This document shows positions 1 through 14,257 of a stretch of 64,000 nt of DNA, piece by piece (position 1 is the first letter of the stretch; each line of letters starts with the position of its first letter). The translations under genes were made by a program, and so were the position numbers. The stretch covers positions 1-64,000 of the forward strand of contig MQRK01231888.1 of the NCBI GenBank assembly GCA_001938485.1, written 5' to 3'. The notes under the pieces are model-generated. The model was not told the DNA's origin. It did not search any database and saw nothing but the letters and a program-made list of their open reading frames with translations. The DNA is from Girardia tigrina (taxonomy: Eukaryota).

Positions 1-951
1 ACAAACTTATCTTCTGAAATACTCAGGCACATTTTTATAAAGCCCCCGCCGCCATCAATAGAAATCTTGAAATGAACACCTTGGTCATCTGAATTCATAT
101 TTCTTTTTTGTATAATATATTGTATCATATTATCTACATGATTGCAATAAACAATTGACTTACGAGTTTGCGTAGATCCGTGCACAAATTCCATCTCTTC
201 AACAGCAAAGAATTTATCCAAGGAATGGTTAAAGATTTTTAATTTTTCCCTTGAATGAGCTTCGACACTTGTTCTGTCCTTTGTTGCTATTCTTATATGT
301 GATGCAAGTTTGTTTGTTTCATTANTGGATAAATTCAAATCAAGTTGGATTTTTGACAAGTGTTCTGCCGACAAGACTTGTTGGGATTTTTCATACAAAG
401 GAGGGAATACCGCCACACGAACTGGACGACCTGATGACGTGGCTAATGAAAGGGAAGGTTAAACTTCTTTAGACGATTTATCCTTCAATATTGCTGATGC
501 AACCTTTTCACTTTCTTTTGGGGAAATAGCAGCAGCAAGATTCTTGATATTTTGTAGACGAGTAGAGCTGTTACAATTGTGTCCCTTGCCACGACTAACA
601 ACAGTAAGGCAAAACTGGCAAAGACGCACTGGAATTTTTTTCAGAATAGCACAGTCTTTTGATTTGTATGTTGATGGAGGCCGCCCTCGCCGAGAACAAG
701 TCTTCGGCCTTATGTTATTTCGAGCTTTGACACATACTATACACGAACATGAAGGTGAAGAACGAGTAATTGGGGGAGCAGAACCAACTGCAGAATAATC
801 AAACAGTTCTATACTCCTGCTGAAATCACCTACTGCATATTCCTGGGTTATTTTTCGGCACACACTGCACAAAGCATTAGGCAAACGTGAGTCATTTGGA
901 TCATATCCTTGTACAAAATATTCTTCAATTATAGCTTGAATATTAGCATTG
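1..951 (-). mobile_element. Decayed DNA-transposase-like ORF: Cys-rich N-terminus, then KISIDGGGGFIK motif (possibly Chapaev/Transib-like)
   Basis: ORF 459-884 has LPNALCSVCR, CSCIVC and LCQFC...HNC. After a frameshift the reading continues to FKISIDGGGGFIKMCLSIS near 20-70. No introns seen; it runs off the window and into an N gap. Confidence 0.4.
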
Positions 952-1659
952 NNNNNNNNNNNNNNNNNNNNNNNNNNNNNNNNNNNNNNNNNNNNNNNNN
1001 NNNNNNNNNNNNNNNNNNNNNNNNNNNNNNNNNNNNNNNNNNNNNNNNNNNNNNNNNNNNNNNNNNNNNNNNNNNNNNNNNNNNNNNNNNNNNNNNNNNN
1101 NNNNNNNNNNNNNNNNNNNNNNNNNNNNNNNNNNNNNNNNNNNNNNNNNNNNNNNNNNNNNNNNNNNNNNNNNNNNNNNNNNNNNNNNNNNNNNNNNNNN
1201 NNNNNNNNNNNNNNNNNNNNNNNNNNNNNNNNNNNNNNNNNNNNNNNNNNNNNNNNNNNNNNNNNNNNNNNNNNNNNNNNNNNNNNNNNNNNNNNNNNNN
1301 NNNNNNNNNNNNNNNNNNNNNNNNNNNNNNNNNNNNNNNNNNNNNNNNNNNNNNNNNNNNNNNNNNNNNNNNNNNNNNNNNNNNNNNNNNNNNNNNNNNN
1401 NNNNNNNNNNNNNNNNNNNNNNNNNNNNNNNNNNNNNNNNNNNNNNNNNNNNNNNNNNNNNNNNNNNNNNNNNNNNNNNNNNNNNNNNNNNNNNNNNNNN
1501 NNNNNNNNNNNNNNNNNNNNNNNNNNNNNNNNNNNNNNNNNNNNCGATAGAAGATTTTAATTTTTACATATATTGAATCAGGATCTGAAATAGATTCAGA
1601 AAGTGCAAACTGTTTTTCTGGCAAATTTTTTTCGACTAAAAGTTGATTCAGGGCCACCG

Positions 1660-2570
1660 TGCCAAAAGAAAACACCGATGGAGACCTGCAGACACTTCTT
1701 AACGAAGATGCCACCCAATCGACCACAATTCTTGCCAAGAAGCTTGGATGCAATCAATCAACAGTGGTAAGAAGATTGAAAGTTATGAGAAATATCCAGA
1801 AGGTTGGAAAATGAGTCCCACATCAATTATCCGAGCGCAACACAAACTAGCACTTAACAACATGCATATAGCTCCTTGTCCGCCACAAAAAGAAATAATT
1901 CCTATGGAGAATCGTGACCGGAGATGAGAAGTGGATTTACTTCGACAATCCAGAGCACAAAAAATCATGGGTAGATCCAGGTCAGACAACAACATCAACA
2001 CCGAAACGCAATATTCATAGACATAAAGTCATTTTATGCATCTGGTGGGATTCTTTGCGACCTCTCTATTATGAACTATTGAAACCTGGTCAAACAGTCA
2101 CTGCACAACGATATAGTGATCAACTATTGCGCTTAGCACAAGAAATCGAGGCAAAAAGACCATTAACCTGCCAGGGTAGTAAGCAGATCAATCTGCTCCA
2201 CGATAATGCAAGACCTCATGTTGCTTCAGCAACGAAAGAAGCAATATTGCAGTAGGGCTGGCAAGTTCTCCCTCATGCAGCTGACTCACCAGACCTTGCA
2301 CCATCGGACTACTCCCTTTTCCGATCATTACAACATAACCTGGCTGGCAGACACTTCAAAAATAGCGATGAGGTCAGAAATTGCATAGACGTGTTCCTCG
2401 ATTCCAAGGATGAAGGGTTTTATACTTGGGGTATTCATCTTTTGCCAGAAAAATGGCAAAAGGTAATAGATTCAAATGGGGAGTATTTTGATAATTAAAT
2501 CTTAATCATTATATAGTAACTCGTCTATGAATATCAAATAAAAACGTCGAGAACTTATGCATAACCATAT
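1660..2570 (+). mobile_element. 5'-truncated mariner transposase pseudogene with 3' TIR
   Basis: Motifs [26 protein letters not shown] and SPDLAPSDY; internal stops; TIR-like AAAAACGTCGAGAACTTATGCATAACCATATTA near 2540-2572. Confidence 0.9.
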
Positions 2571-3123
2571 TAAGTCTATTTAATATTTTGAAAAATAATT
2601 AAAAGTCATTTTACCAACGAAATTTGAAAGATATTGTTGCTAATAATGAGGAGGATTAGGGTATATACTTATTAAGTCAAGTAAAATATTATTATGAAAA
2701 TTTAAAATATTTTTTCTGATCACCAAATCTCTAACCAAATTGAATGTCAATTCTTGAATAGAAGATCTTTGTCTTTCATTTCTTTTTATTAATACAAAGA
2801 CCAACATTCTCAATGTATTATTAATTCAAAGTTCTAGTAATTAAATGGATAAGGGTAATGAAATTGTACATAATTAGCGAAGTATCCATTTTTATTTTAG
2901 CCATAATAGGAGGAATGAAAGGTTGTAACTACAGGTAAAAAAAAGTTTAAGAATGCATATAAAAGTATAAATTGTACACAAATGGTTTAAATCTTTTCGT
3001 TCGTACATTTTTGTGTTAATAACTTTTTTATTGATTTTGCAAAGTTTTAAGAATCAGAGTATTTTCTTTTATTTCCTATATTTGTATATTTTATGTATTT
3101 TACTTACCTTACAATTTGTACAG

Positions 3124-6100
3124 GTGAGATTGGAGGAAATCGAAGCAGAAATTCAGGAAGAAAGGAAATTGCTTGTTAAACTAAAAACTGATAGTCGAGA
3201 AATGTTGATTTTGAAAAATACATGGGCTGCAATTATGATTCAAAAACATTTTCGAAAATATCGGTATATTTATAAAAATTTTAGTTTAGTTAATTTAAAT
3301 TGGATTTTAACCAAGAATTAGAAAAAGAATTGGTTCGAAAATTGATGAAGTTCGACAAAATGCCAGACGAAAACTTTTGAACACTAAATTCATTATCAAT
3401 GAAAAACTAACCCAAAAACAAAGAGCAAATGAATTAAGAAAATGGAAAAAAGAAAAAATGCTAAAAGAAAAATCGGATAAGTTAGAAAAAGAAACTCAGT
3501 TAATATTAATAAGTAATGATGCTGAAGAATCGTTCAATGAAGTGTGTAACATTGAGGAAAATGATTTAGGAAAACAGGAAGAATTGGTATCGGAACAGTT
3601 TAGTCCAGAAAACGAATTGAACATGATTCATGATGCAAATGAAAATCAAAAAAATAAAATCGAAGATATTATAGTTGAGGAAATAAAAGAAGATAAATTA
3701 AACGAAGAAGATCTCTCTATTCCAGTCGAATCGTCTTTTGAAGAACATCAGTTAACAGAGAATAAGAATACAGATTTAAAACTTAATAATGAAATTGAAC
3801 AAAATATGGTGATTGTAGATGAAACAAATGTACATAAAACTGAGATTAGGGTTACAGAAAACACCGAGGAAGAGAATCCTTCTATGGATAACGAATATAT
3901 AGAAAAAAATGAGATTTTTAATTTGCTCGCCATGCAAACTAATAACAATAATCTCGATTTAAATGATCCAGAAGAGGCCGATAGAGAGATCAAAGATGTT
4001 ATAAGGAATTCTTCACATTCGATAGTCTGTTCTGATGATGATATAAAAGATACTATAATAAAAGAACCAGCAAATGGCAAAGATGAAATTGAACGTTGCA
4101 TAATATATAACGAAAATAATGATTCAACTAGTAAATTAGTAATAAATAATAACGTTACTATTCAAGATGAGTCTTCTACTTTGGAGAAAGAGGAATTTAT
4201 AAATGATGAAAACAAGAATGATTTTTTAATAAAAAATGATGATCATTATGAGTCCAGAAATGATGATTGTGTTCCACTTAATGTAACCAGCAATAACTCT
4301 AAATCAACTGATGAAAATCATGATATCCGGATCTGTCGATCGAGCCTTTCTGATTTAGTAAATACTGAGAATATAAATTTGAGAAACGATACAATAGAGG
4401 ATATAAATTCTAACATGGTTGCAGTTATCCAAAGCGATGGAAACAAATCCAAGTTCAGTCATGATGAAAGGAATTGTGAACCTGAACCTGAAGACATGAG
4501 TCGTGTGACTATCGATAATAATATTGAAAGAAAATTAGAACAGATGGATTTCCGAGAAGATAAAAAGGTATCTATGAGAGATGCCTTAACAAAAAGCGAA
4601 AGCGAAAATTTATTATCTGATTTAAGTGTCAATTTTCAACCAAACGAGAAACCTTCAATAAACTTGATTAAGGAGGAATTTCTGGAAAGTGTTTTTAAAA
4701 GAAACGAAAAGTGTTTAAAGCTCTGTGTATCATGGATGAAACAGAATACTGAACAAGGGTAATCAACTTCGTGATTTACTTGCTTTATGAAATATTTCAG
4801 CAAACAAAACAGTTGCGCAAAAGAGGTTACTAATCGTATGGAAAGAACAATTCCTTCGGTTCCGAAACATTTGAACGAATCCGTTAATTTTACAATAGAA
4901 AATATAGATCAAAACGCTATTGTTACAGATCCACATTGCACATCACGGGCTTCAGTAACTTTGTTTTTACTTTTTTTTGCCATTACTATTTTTTAATTCA
5001 ATTTTTCATTTATATGTACTGATTTTAGAGCAAATCGTTATCAATTACTAATTCGCCTTTGGATTGCATTTCCAACATCAAAGAAAACTTTCCAAATATC
5101 GAACATTTGAATGTTTGTCACACTTCACTGGCTTCATTCCATTCCACAAATGCACCTGACTCTCTGAAATATTTAAATATTAATGTAAAGATATTTTATT
5201 TTCATATTTTGATACGTTTAAATCATTTAATGTTTTAAAATTTCTGATTTAAATGATAATTATTCTTGATGATTAGTATGACCTGAAGATTCAACATTGT
5301 GATTGATTTAATGGTCATGATTAACATTAATGAGTAAGGAAAACATCTAGTATAGCAAGTGTAGAAGAACCCAATAAAAGAACACGAGTTAAAGAAATTT
5401 CTGATAAAAATATTCTAAACCAATATGAAGCATTAAAATCTTGAAATTTTAGGGAACCTAAATAAGATGATGAAACGCCCGAGACTTTTCCATCTCTCCA
5501 TTTTAGTCTTTTAAATTACTAGGTAGATTATAAGGAAATATATGTTACATATAACATGTTGTGGTTAGACATATTTCAATATCATAATTCCTAAAAAAAG
5601 TGCAAAATCAATACTAGTCGAAAGTATTCTGCATTGTGTATGCTGCAACTTATGAAAGTCACATTTTACCTTTTTTGCTGTTGAGACGTTGTCCATGTCA
5701 ATCTGAGAGTTTTCATAGAAGAATCTGTTAGTAGCATTTGTGCAATTTTCATGTTCACAACTCATGATTTTATGAATTTTCGACCACGTATGTTTCGACT
5801 ACAAAAATTTTTAAATGGAAAAATAGTTGACATTGAATTTATTTTTAAACAATTTTGATACTTTTTAATGAACAAAATAAACACAATGACACAAAATTAA
5901 TGGAATAATATATTAAACAGAAATGAAATTAATTTGTTAGCAGAAAATCTATAGTTTTTGAAAAAGGCAATAACATTGATTCTGTTATAATTGATCAATG
6001 TACGTTCAACTCGTTGTTGTAGGTCTCGATATATTTTTCGACTAGGTTGTTGTACTCCAGATGAAGCTGGCAAAATGAATGCTTTGTTCATCTTACATTC

Positions 6101-9100
6101 CTTTAAAATCCCATCCATGAATTTCCCAATAGCAGCCGAATAAAGACTGCATTTTATAATGCCAACCTTCACAGATATTAGTTGTACGGGCTATTCCAGT
6201 AGCTGCATCATTTCTTTTATTCCACATTACATTATTAAATAATTGTGGTCCATATGTTTCTCCTCGTCCTCTGAGTCGACGTCATGGAATAAATGTATGT
6301 TCGAAGTAAGTTATTAATTCGTCGATTCTTTCGTATTGAGGAACATTTTTAACAAGTTCATCAAAACATTCGGAAACATCTTCTTTTGGAACAAATGCTA
6401 GTGTTGATAAGCATCTTATGAACTCAGATATAGTAACATTAGTTTCATAATGTTTTTTTCATCTCGATTTCTTGAACTTTTTTTAAAACTCTTTGTGCTA
6501 AATGAAAATATCACTCAACAATTCTTGATTGAGGGTAGGTATCTTTATATGCATTCATTGCTGCCAATGTGACGATCGTTCCACGCGTGATCCCATGAGC
6601 ACCCAAAGGTGCCGGGGGACCCGACAGGTTCGCCGAGGAAGCACCAGAACACCCACCGTAGTCCGCTGTATTTGGAGGCTGTTGGCAAAAACTCAAAAGA
6701 CACTCGATAGAGTGAACGAACTCACCAGAGCGGAATGACTCTTGTAAAATCGAATTGAGGCGGCCATCTTTCCCGTTACACGTCAACACTCGAATCGCGC
6801 GTTCGATAAAGTGAACGAACATATTAATTCGTTCATAAAATTGACACGATAAATAAAACGTAGTCGGTTTATAAAATTGTATTTTTTATCAACGACATAT
6901 TTACACCATTCAATTTGAATTTGACGTCATTCATTTATTTTTTATTTAGATCGTTTAAACAAATCTTTATTTTCGATTTTGTGTTGTTTTATTTTTTCCT
7001 TTTGCTTTTTTAATTATTTTTGACTTTATTTTTGTGTCTTAATTCAAACGTATTTTTCTAATTTTAATTTTAATTTTTTTGAATTTAAAATTCACTACAT
7101 ACATTATGCCAACCTTCAACTGAACTATTTTCAAAAATATCTATTAAATTTATTTTTCAAAAATTATTTTTAGCATTAACGAATTAATAATAAAATGTCA
7201 AAAACATTTATGCAATCCCCTTTTAGCGCATTTGTCGACATGCATTTAACGAGATACCGGTCAAAATATCTGTGGTCGAAAAGTCCGACCACCACAATTC
7301 ATATTCAACACAAATAATATAATCAGTTAAAATAACAAACATAGATTTTCAAACAAATTTTTGTTAACTAAATTTTTCATTTCACTAAATCCTTAAATAA
7401 TTTGGTTTGAATTATTATTTTAAATTTTATCTTAATATGAATTTTATCAATTTAATTTGAATGACCGTATAACATTTTTTGAAATTTTTATTTAATGAAA
7501 CTTGTTATTATTTTTTTAATTTATTTATAAAATGTATGCTTATTAAAATTAAAATTATTAAATTTAATTTACACTAAACATTGATTTCGTTCAAATTATT
7601 TTGCAAAAATATTCAACTTAATTTTAATTTCTTTCAAAATAATCTCGTTTATTCAAACTTGTTGGTTTTAAAATTCATTTATAACATTTATTTTAATTTA
7701 GACAAAACTCTAATTTCTATCAAATCATTTTTGTAACTCAATGTTATTATAAATTTACACTATGAATTTTATTCCGTTTATTATTTATTTTTAAATTCTA
7801 AAAAATTTTTTGAAATTCTAAAAAATTAAATTTTTATTTTAAAAACTTTAACGAATTATTTCACCATAAAAATATATTGACTATTTCATGTAATACTTTT
7901 AGATTTTAAATTCTGTTTTTTGTTTTATATAATTATTTAATTTTGTTAAAATTTTAAATTAAAAAATTATTAATTATTTGGTGAATTGAAAATTTTAACT
8001 AACTCGTCATAGAACTAAAGAGGTATGCTATCTGCTTAAAGTCGTAGATTTCGAACTTGTTGATGAGCTCATAATAATAGGGACTATTCATTGTCCTTAT
8101 TCGATAATCAGAAAGTTGATTTTTGTCAATCAAAATCGAAGGATATTTCAAATCACTTAATCAAATAATTGCTAGTTGTTTGACAGATGCATGAGGACTA
8201 TGCAGGTCATTGGTTCACTTGTTCTGAAGAAAATTTGCTCCAAACGTGTATCATCAGAGAACGAGTCCTTTTTTGAAATAGAATTTAAAAATTGTTAAAG
8301 TAGGAAAAATTGTATTAACTGAGGAATGGACAATACTTTAACTAATCTTTTCATTCATTTTGGTTTGAAATAAATATATTTATGATCACAAAAAACGTAT
8401 CTTACTAATTTGTCCACTGAAATATTAAAATTTATTCACTAAGTAATTTTTCCTCAGAAAATTATTTATTTTTTGAGAAATGTTGAAACTAAATATTTTT
8501 TCTATTTTAACTTTCATACGAAAAACTGTAAAAATTAAATGTTTTTGTTAAAAATATTACAACACAAATATATTAGAAAAAAAGTTAATTTAAATTTTGT
8601 TCTATAAACGCAAGACTTTCTCGTATAAAATTCCTATAAAATTTTAATTTTAATATATGAATGATTAAATCAAATGATAGGTTAGCAATTAAACTCAAAT
8701 AACCCCATTTCAACTTTAAATTTTTATTAGAAAACATGTTTCGACACTTTTGTGGCATCTTCAGTTCTGTATTTAAGTAAAAAGTAATTTTTTATAAAGT
8801 AAGATGACCATTACGTCACAATGTGTTACGTTCAAATATTGTAATATGATTGGACGAATCACTTTGCACATTTAGACTAGGTTTACAAAACTTTACATCA
8901 ACAGTGCTTCAGTAATTATCCTTTCATAATTGTGATCAAAGTTACTAATCAAAACCCGAAAATCATTATCAAATACCCTCCTTTGAGTTCCATGACATTT
9001 CACTATGTGGTCAAAAATTGAGCTTTTTCTACTTGATTGGGTATGCTCTGCAATTCTAGTATGGATGTGACGATTTGTCTCTCCAATGTACAAGGACAAG

Positions 9101-12100
9101 TGGCTTTCATACCCAATTGTGTTTTAGATTTATTTGAAAAATAATTAGAAATTTAAATTTCTTAGAATTACAGAACATACCCAATAAAGTAGAAAAAGCT
9201 CAATTTTGGACCACATAGTGAAATATCATGGAAGGAACTCAGAGGAGGGTGTATGATAATGATTTTCGGGTTTTGATTAGTAACTTTGATCACAATTATG
9301 AAAGGACAATTACTGAAGCACTGTTGATGTAAAGTTTTGTAAACCTAGTTTAAATGTGCAAAGTGATTCGTCCAATCATATTACAGTATTTGTATGTAAC
9401 ACATTGTGACGTAATGGTCATCTTACTTTATAAAAAATAACTTTTTACTTAAATACAGAACTGAAGACGCCACAAAAGTGGCGAAATATGTTTTCCAATA
9501 AAAATTTAAAGTTGAAATGGTGTTATTTGAGTTTAACCCTTTCCTGACTATTGATGTCATATGGAATCATGTTTCATTTTAATATTTTATAGGCATCTAT
9601 GGAAAAATACAAATAATATTTTTATTTCTGATCAATAGACGAATATACAAATTATTCTTACACATGTTTTGTCAAACGCCATTTTGTTTTTATCATTTCA
9701 AAGTTGTAAAAGTGATTTAAGGATGTCAATTTAATTCTTTATTCAGTCAGGAAAGGGTTAATTTAATATATGAATTTCTTTTTCATTTTTAATACCTTAG
9801 GAAGGTTGATTAAATAAAAAATTTAATTGTATATTACGAATATATTTGTTGAAATTAATAACTTAACAATAATCCAGAAAAATAAACTCGAATGGGCCTA
9901 TTTTGGAAGTAGTGTTCATAGTTGTCTCACTATTCTGTCCTGTTCCTCAAATGACATTAGCGATTTACCCCCAGCCGCATTTCAAAATTGCAACAGTATT
10001 TTACATATTGACTTTTCCAACAATAATTTTATTTCCATCGGTAAGTCATTTTTATAATCACCTTTTATTGTAGGTATTCTCTTTTATTTATTTAGAAAAC
10101 ATATTTAAAGGGAATGAAGCATTGAAGAGTTTATGCTCGATCAATCTAAGCAACAATGTTCTCTCTAGCATTGACAATCTAGATATGTATTGTCCGAATT
10201 TGACCCACATCAATTTGTCGAACAATCATTTGAAAAACTGGTCAAATGATTACAAATTCCCATACCTCATTGACTGTGATCTCTCGCACAATTCTTTAAT
10301 ATCAGTAATTTACTTGTAAATATGGCACTCTCATTTGATAAATTTTTTTAACAAGTTGGAATCATGGATGAACACCCCAATAATTGTTTATCTAAATCTG
10401 TCACATAATTCAATAAGCAGTTTAGAATCATTTGTCGATTCCTGGATGCCATGTCTGGTGACTTTGCAACTCGATTCAAACAAGTAATTTTAACCTTCTA
10501 TTTTGAAGTATAAAACTTATAAAAAAGACACCCGGAAGCCGATGAAATCGATCGAAAACCATACAAGTCGTTAAATGGTTAAATTAACATTGATTTCGAA
10601 TAATGACGATTTCGATGATTCCTACACGGATTTTAGTGAAAAATTTTATGAAAAGACTAATAAAATACTAATTGATTTGATAAATGGCGATTTCTATCAC
10701 TTATTTACTAATTATATTTCTAAAAATAAATTTAGGTTAAATTTGCAAAATTTCGTTATCATCTGATTCACTTTTTGTCGGTCAAGCTCAAATTTTACTA
10801 TGATCATATATGTGCTGATAAAATGCGAAATAGTAGAGGAAGAGTGAGTGAATCCGCGTAAAGTTAAGATAACACTGCATAGTCCGCATCGAGACGGTTC
10901 TGTCTGTACAGTGCCTTTGCCAAAAGGCGCCGGAAACCGACTTAATTGATTGACTGTTAAATCAACATAGAATTCGAAATAATAAATAATAAATTATAAT
11001 AATTACGATTTAAAAATTAAAACAGAATCTTTCAAAGTCGAAAATTCAGCTCACCCGTCATGTATGACGGGTATTTTTCTAGTTTACTAATAAAAAGGAA
11101 CTATCTGCAATCATTACCAAAAGTATTGCATAAATGGGAAGAACTAAACTATATGCAGTGGCCCCTTTCTTTGTTATCACGCCCTGAAAACACGTCATAT
11201 AATGATATTTAGAAATATGACCAATAACTAAATGTTGTAAAACAGTCAGACCTCTCGTATCCGTCCCTCTCCTAACCATCATCCTCTCATCTCGTCTCGA
11301 TTTTAATTTGACGGAGCTTCAAATCGCCATTGAAAACGACCTCTCATATCCGTCACCCTTTCGAAAAAACGAATACGAGAGGACTGACTGTAGTTGACTA
11401 ATGATATCAAATCTTTTAATAGAACAAGACAGTTGGAAAATGATGATCTATTAATCATTACAAATCATAGTCCTTCGCAAAAAAGAAAAGATGTCACAAA
11501 GTCAATGTTTCTTAAAGTAATAATGGTTTTGATTGGAATTACTGCAAGTATTTCACTAAATTTGGTTATTTTTCACTCATTTTCTACAGAATGGGGAAAC
11601 AAGGCGAAATACTAAGTAAAATTAGGCACCCATTGTGCTTCTACAGGAAGAAGGATTCTCTCAACAACGAATATCCCCAAAGTTCTTTTTCACATATTTT
11701 GAAGCAGTCTCTGTTTCAATCTACGAGTAATATATCGCGATCTGGAAGACCGAGAATCACAATATAATATGGATACATGTTGTAAGGGATTTGTTTGCTT
11801 CTTCGCACACCATTTTATGTCTGATATCCCCCAAAACTCCAAGTTATTGGAGGTAGTCTTCAGACCAAAATGAACCCAGAAGTCGTCATCCAGCACGCAA
11901 ATCATTCCTCACATTGAAGAAACTGCATCAGAGGATGAAATCAGCACGCAAATCATTCCTCACATTGAAGAAACTGCATCAGAGGATGAAATTCTGCCAA
12001 GAACTTAAAACGTGTAATATCATATTACAAAATCATCTAAAATAAAAAAAATGAAATTTAACAAAAAATGGGTTCAAGATCTTCAAAAATAAAAATATTC

Positions 12101-14215
12101 ATGAAATTACATTTAAAAAATTGATGCATATCCATCAAAAATAAAAAAAATAATTAAATTAAATTAATATATTCCGTCAAGTGATCCAGTGCAAAAGAAA
12201 TGTCTATAACGCAGTCCCGATTCAATCGATTAATCACGAATCGTATACTATTTATGAAAACATTCCAAACCATTTTGAGAAATTCTTGTTGACTGACTCT
12301 GGATTAGGAGATCATGATAGAATTGTGATCCAATCTGGGATTTATAATGTAATTAAAAAATTATTTCTGATTCTTTACTGAATTATTAAAAATTACTTTT
12401 CAAATAGTATTACATTTTTTATACTATTTAATGATATTTCAGTAAATAATAATTTTCTGGATTATATAAAAATATGTTGCGAAAAATTTGACGTTTATAA
12501 AGTATTCACTTGAAAAATACTTTAATATCAAATGAACAATATGAATAAATACGAAAATAATAAAATTTAATCAAAAACTGGGTTCTAACTATCACAAATA
12601 AAATTCATTAAATTAAATTTTAAAAAAATGGTTCAGATTTATTACAAATAAGAAAAATAATTAAATTAAACTAAAACTGGGGTCAAAACAAGCGGGGTCA
12701 AAGTAACTGCTTCCGAAAAATGTTTGTTGTCTGATGAATTCACTTTCCATTAGTTCAGTGAGATTCAATTCCAAGTTCGGTACCTTAAAGGAACGTTATA
12801 TCAAGTGAGATACTGCACACCTACAGTCAAGCACTTGTAATAGTTTGGAATTCTTTCTCGACACAAGGTGTTGGTCCTCTTTGGTTTCTACGTCCGAGTT
12901 AAACAATGCAAGCCGAAAACTACTTGCAGCTGCTCCAGAAGAAACCGCCACATTCCATGCATCACCTTGGATGTCATGTGTTTCAACACAACGACGCACC
13001 GTGTTATCAACTGAAGAAGGTGAAACAATGGCTGACTGAAAACAAATACAGCCAACTACAATGGCTGACAAACAGCCCGAATCTCAATCCGATCACAAAT
13101 TTCAGGCAAATCACCAAAGTGAAGGTGTCCAGAATGCAGCCGCTTCTCCAGAACAAGAATGTGTTTGGAAAAGACTTTGGAGACAATTTCTTCAAAAACT
13201 TGGTTGAGGCGATGCCACTGTGGATTTACGTGGTTTAAAGAAGCAATATATCATATGTTAAATATTAATTTTCTTGAGTCATGTTGTTTTATATCATAAA
13301 TTAATGATGTCGCTCTTCTAAATGCTTTCCATACTACATCGACAAAATTTGTTATTTTATAATCCATAGCTTCATATGTAACAAGTAAATCCTTGCTGAT
13401 AAACGCCTTGACTATTATTTATTGGATTGATTCATTAATTTTCGCGATTACGAAAATTTTCTCGCAGTCTGATATACTTCTTCTTAAAGTCTATCAAATA
13501 TCTTTGGAGCTATATTATTAATAGAATCATTAATTTATTAAAAATACGAATACAAAATGTCTGGCAATTTAATATTAAAAGAAAAGTGTTCAAAAGAATT
13601 TATTATAAGAATAATTGGAGTCCGTTAATACTTCAAATATATAATATGATATTAAGTGTATATATTTATATCCTTATAAAGACATTAGTTAAACATTAAA
13701 TATTTGTTAAAATTTATTTTTCTGTTTTTTTTGTGTATAAGGACTTATGTTATTTTGTGAATAATTTTAGATTGAAAGAAATCCCAGACTTTCCATTTCT
13801 TTCATTACAGAACCTCAATATTCAAAGAAATTATTTAAATGGTAAAATATTAATTTTTACATCATTTTTATTAATAATGTGAAGGACAGGTCCATTCTTT
13901 AAATTTTTTAAATAATTAATTTTTATAAATAATCTCTAAAATAAGGAAATATTTAAAATCAAAAGTTTTCTAAAATAGTTATAACTAAAAATATCTTAAT
14001 TTTAAAAAAAGTTATTTTCATAAATAATTGAATTTTAATTGTATTGTTTTAATTGTTTTGTATTTATTTTAAAAGTTATTCGGAAGAAAAACTTTATGAA
14101 ATTTTTGTTTTCAGAGATGTAATAAAAAAAGATAATTTAAATTTAAAGCCAATTGGAAATTCTGCCAATTAAAGTTCGATAAATAATTAATAAAAATATA
14201 TATAGAAACTGCCAT

Positions 14216-14257
<42 letters not shown>

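Larger units (their letters stand above)
8663..9536. mobile_element. Penelope-like element: two inverted GIY-YIG/3'-end arms (8689-9059 on -, 9162-9536 on +)
   Basis: YIGETNRHIHTRIAEH...ERIITEALL is a GIY-YIG segment. The arms are imperfect reverse complements of about 370 bp. Candidate TSD TAATATATGAAT at 8651-8662 and 9764-9775. Confidence 0.85.

Noticed and set aside
952-1544. Long X-filled ORFs here and at 14.8-15.6 kb and 31.1-31.7 kb
   Set aside because: Artefacts of N gaps.
2901-2934. AG/GT-bounded candidate upstream exon of LRRIQ1
   Set aside because: It has a stop in the required phase, and its ATG is out of phase with the 3124 exon.
8020-8330. Possible hAT transposase remnant
   Set aside because: Too short and degenerate to support.
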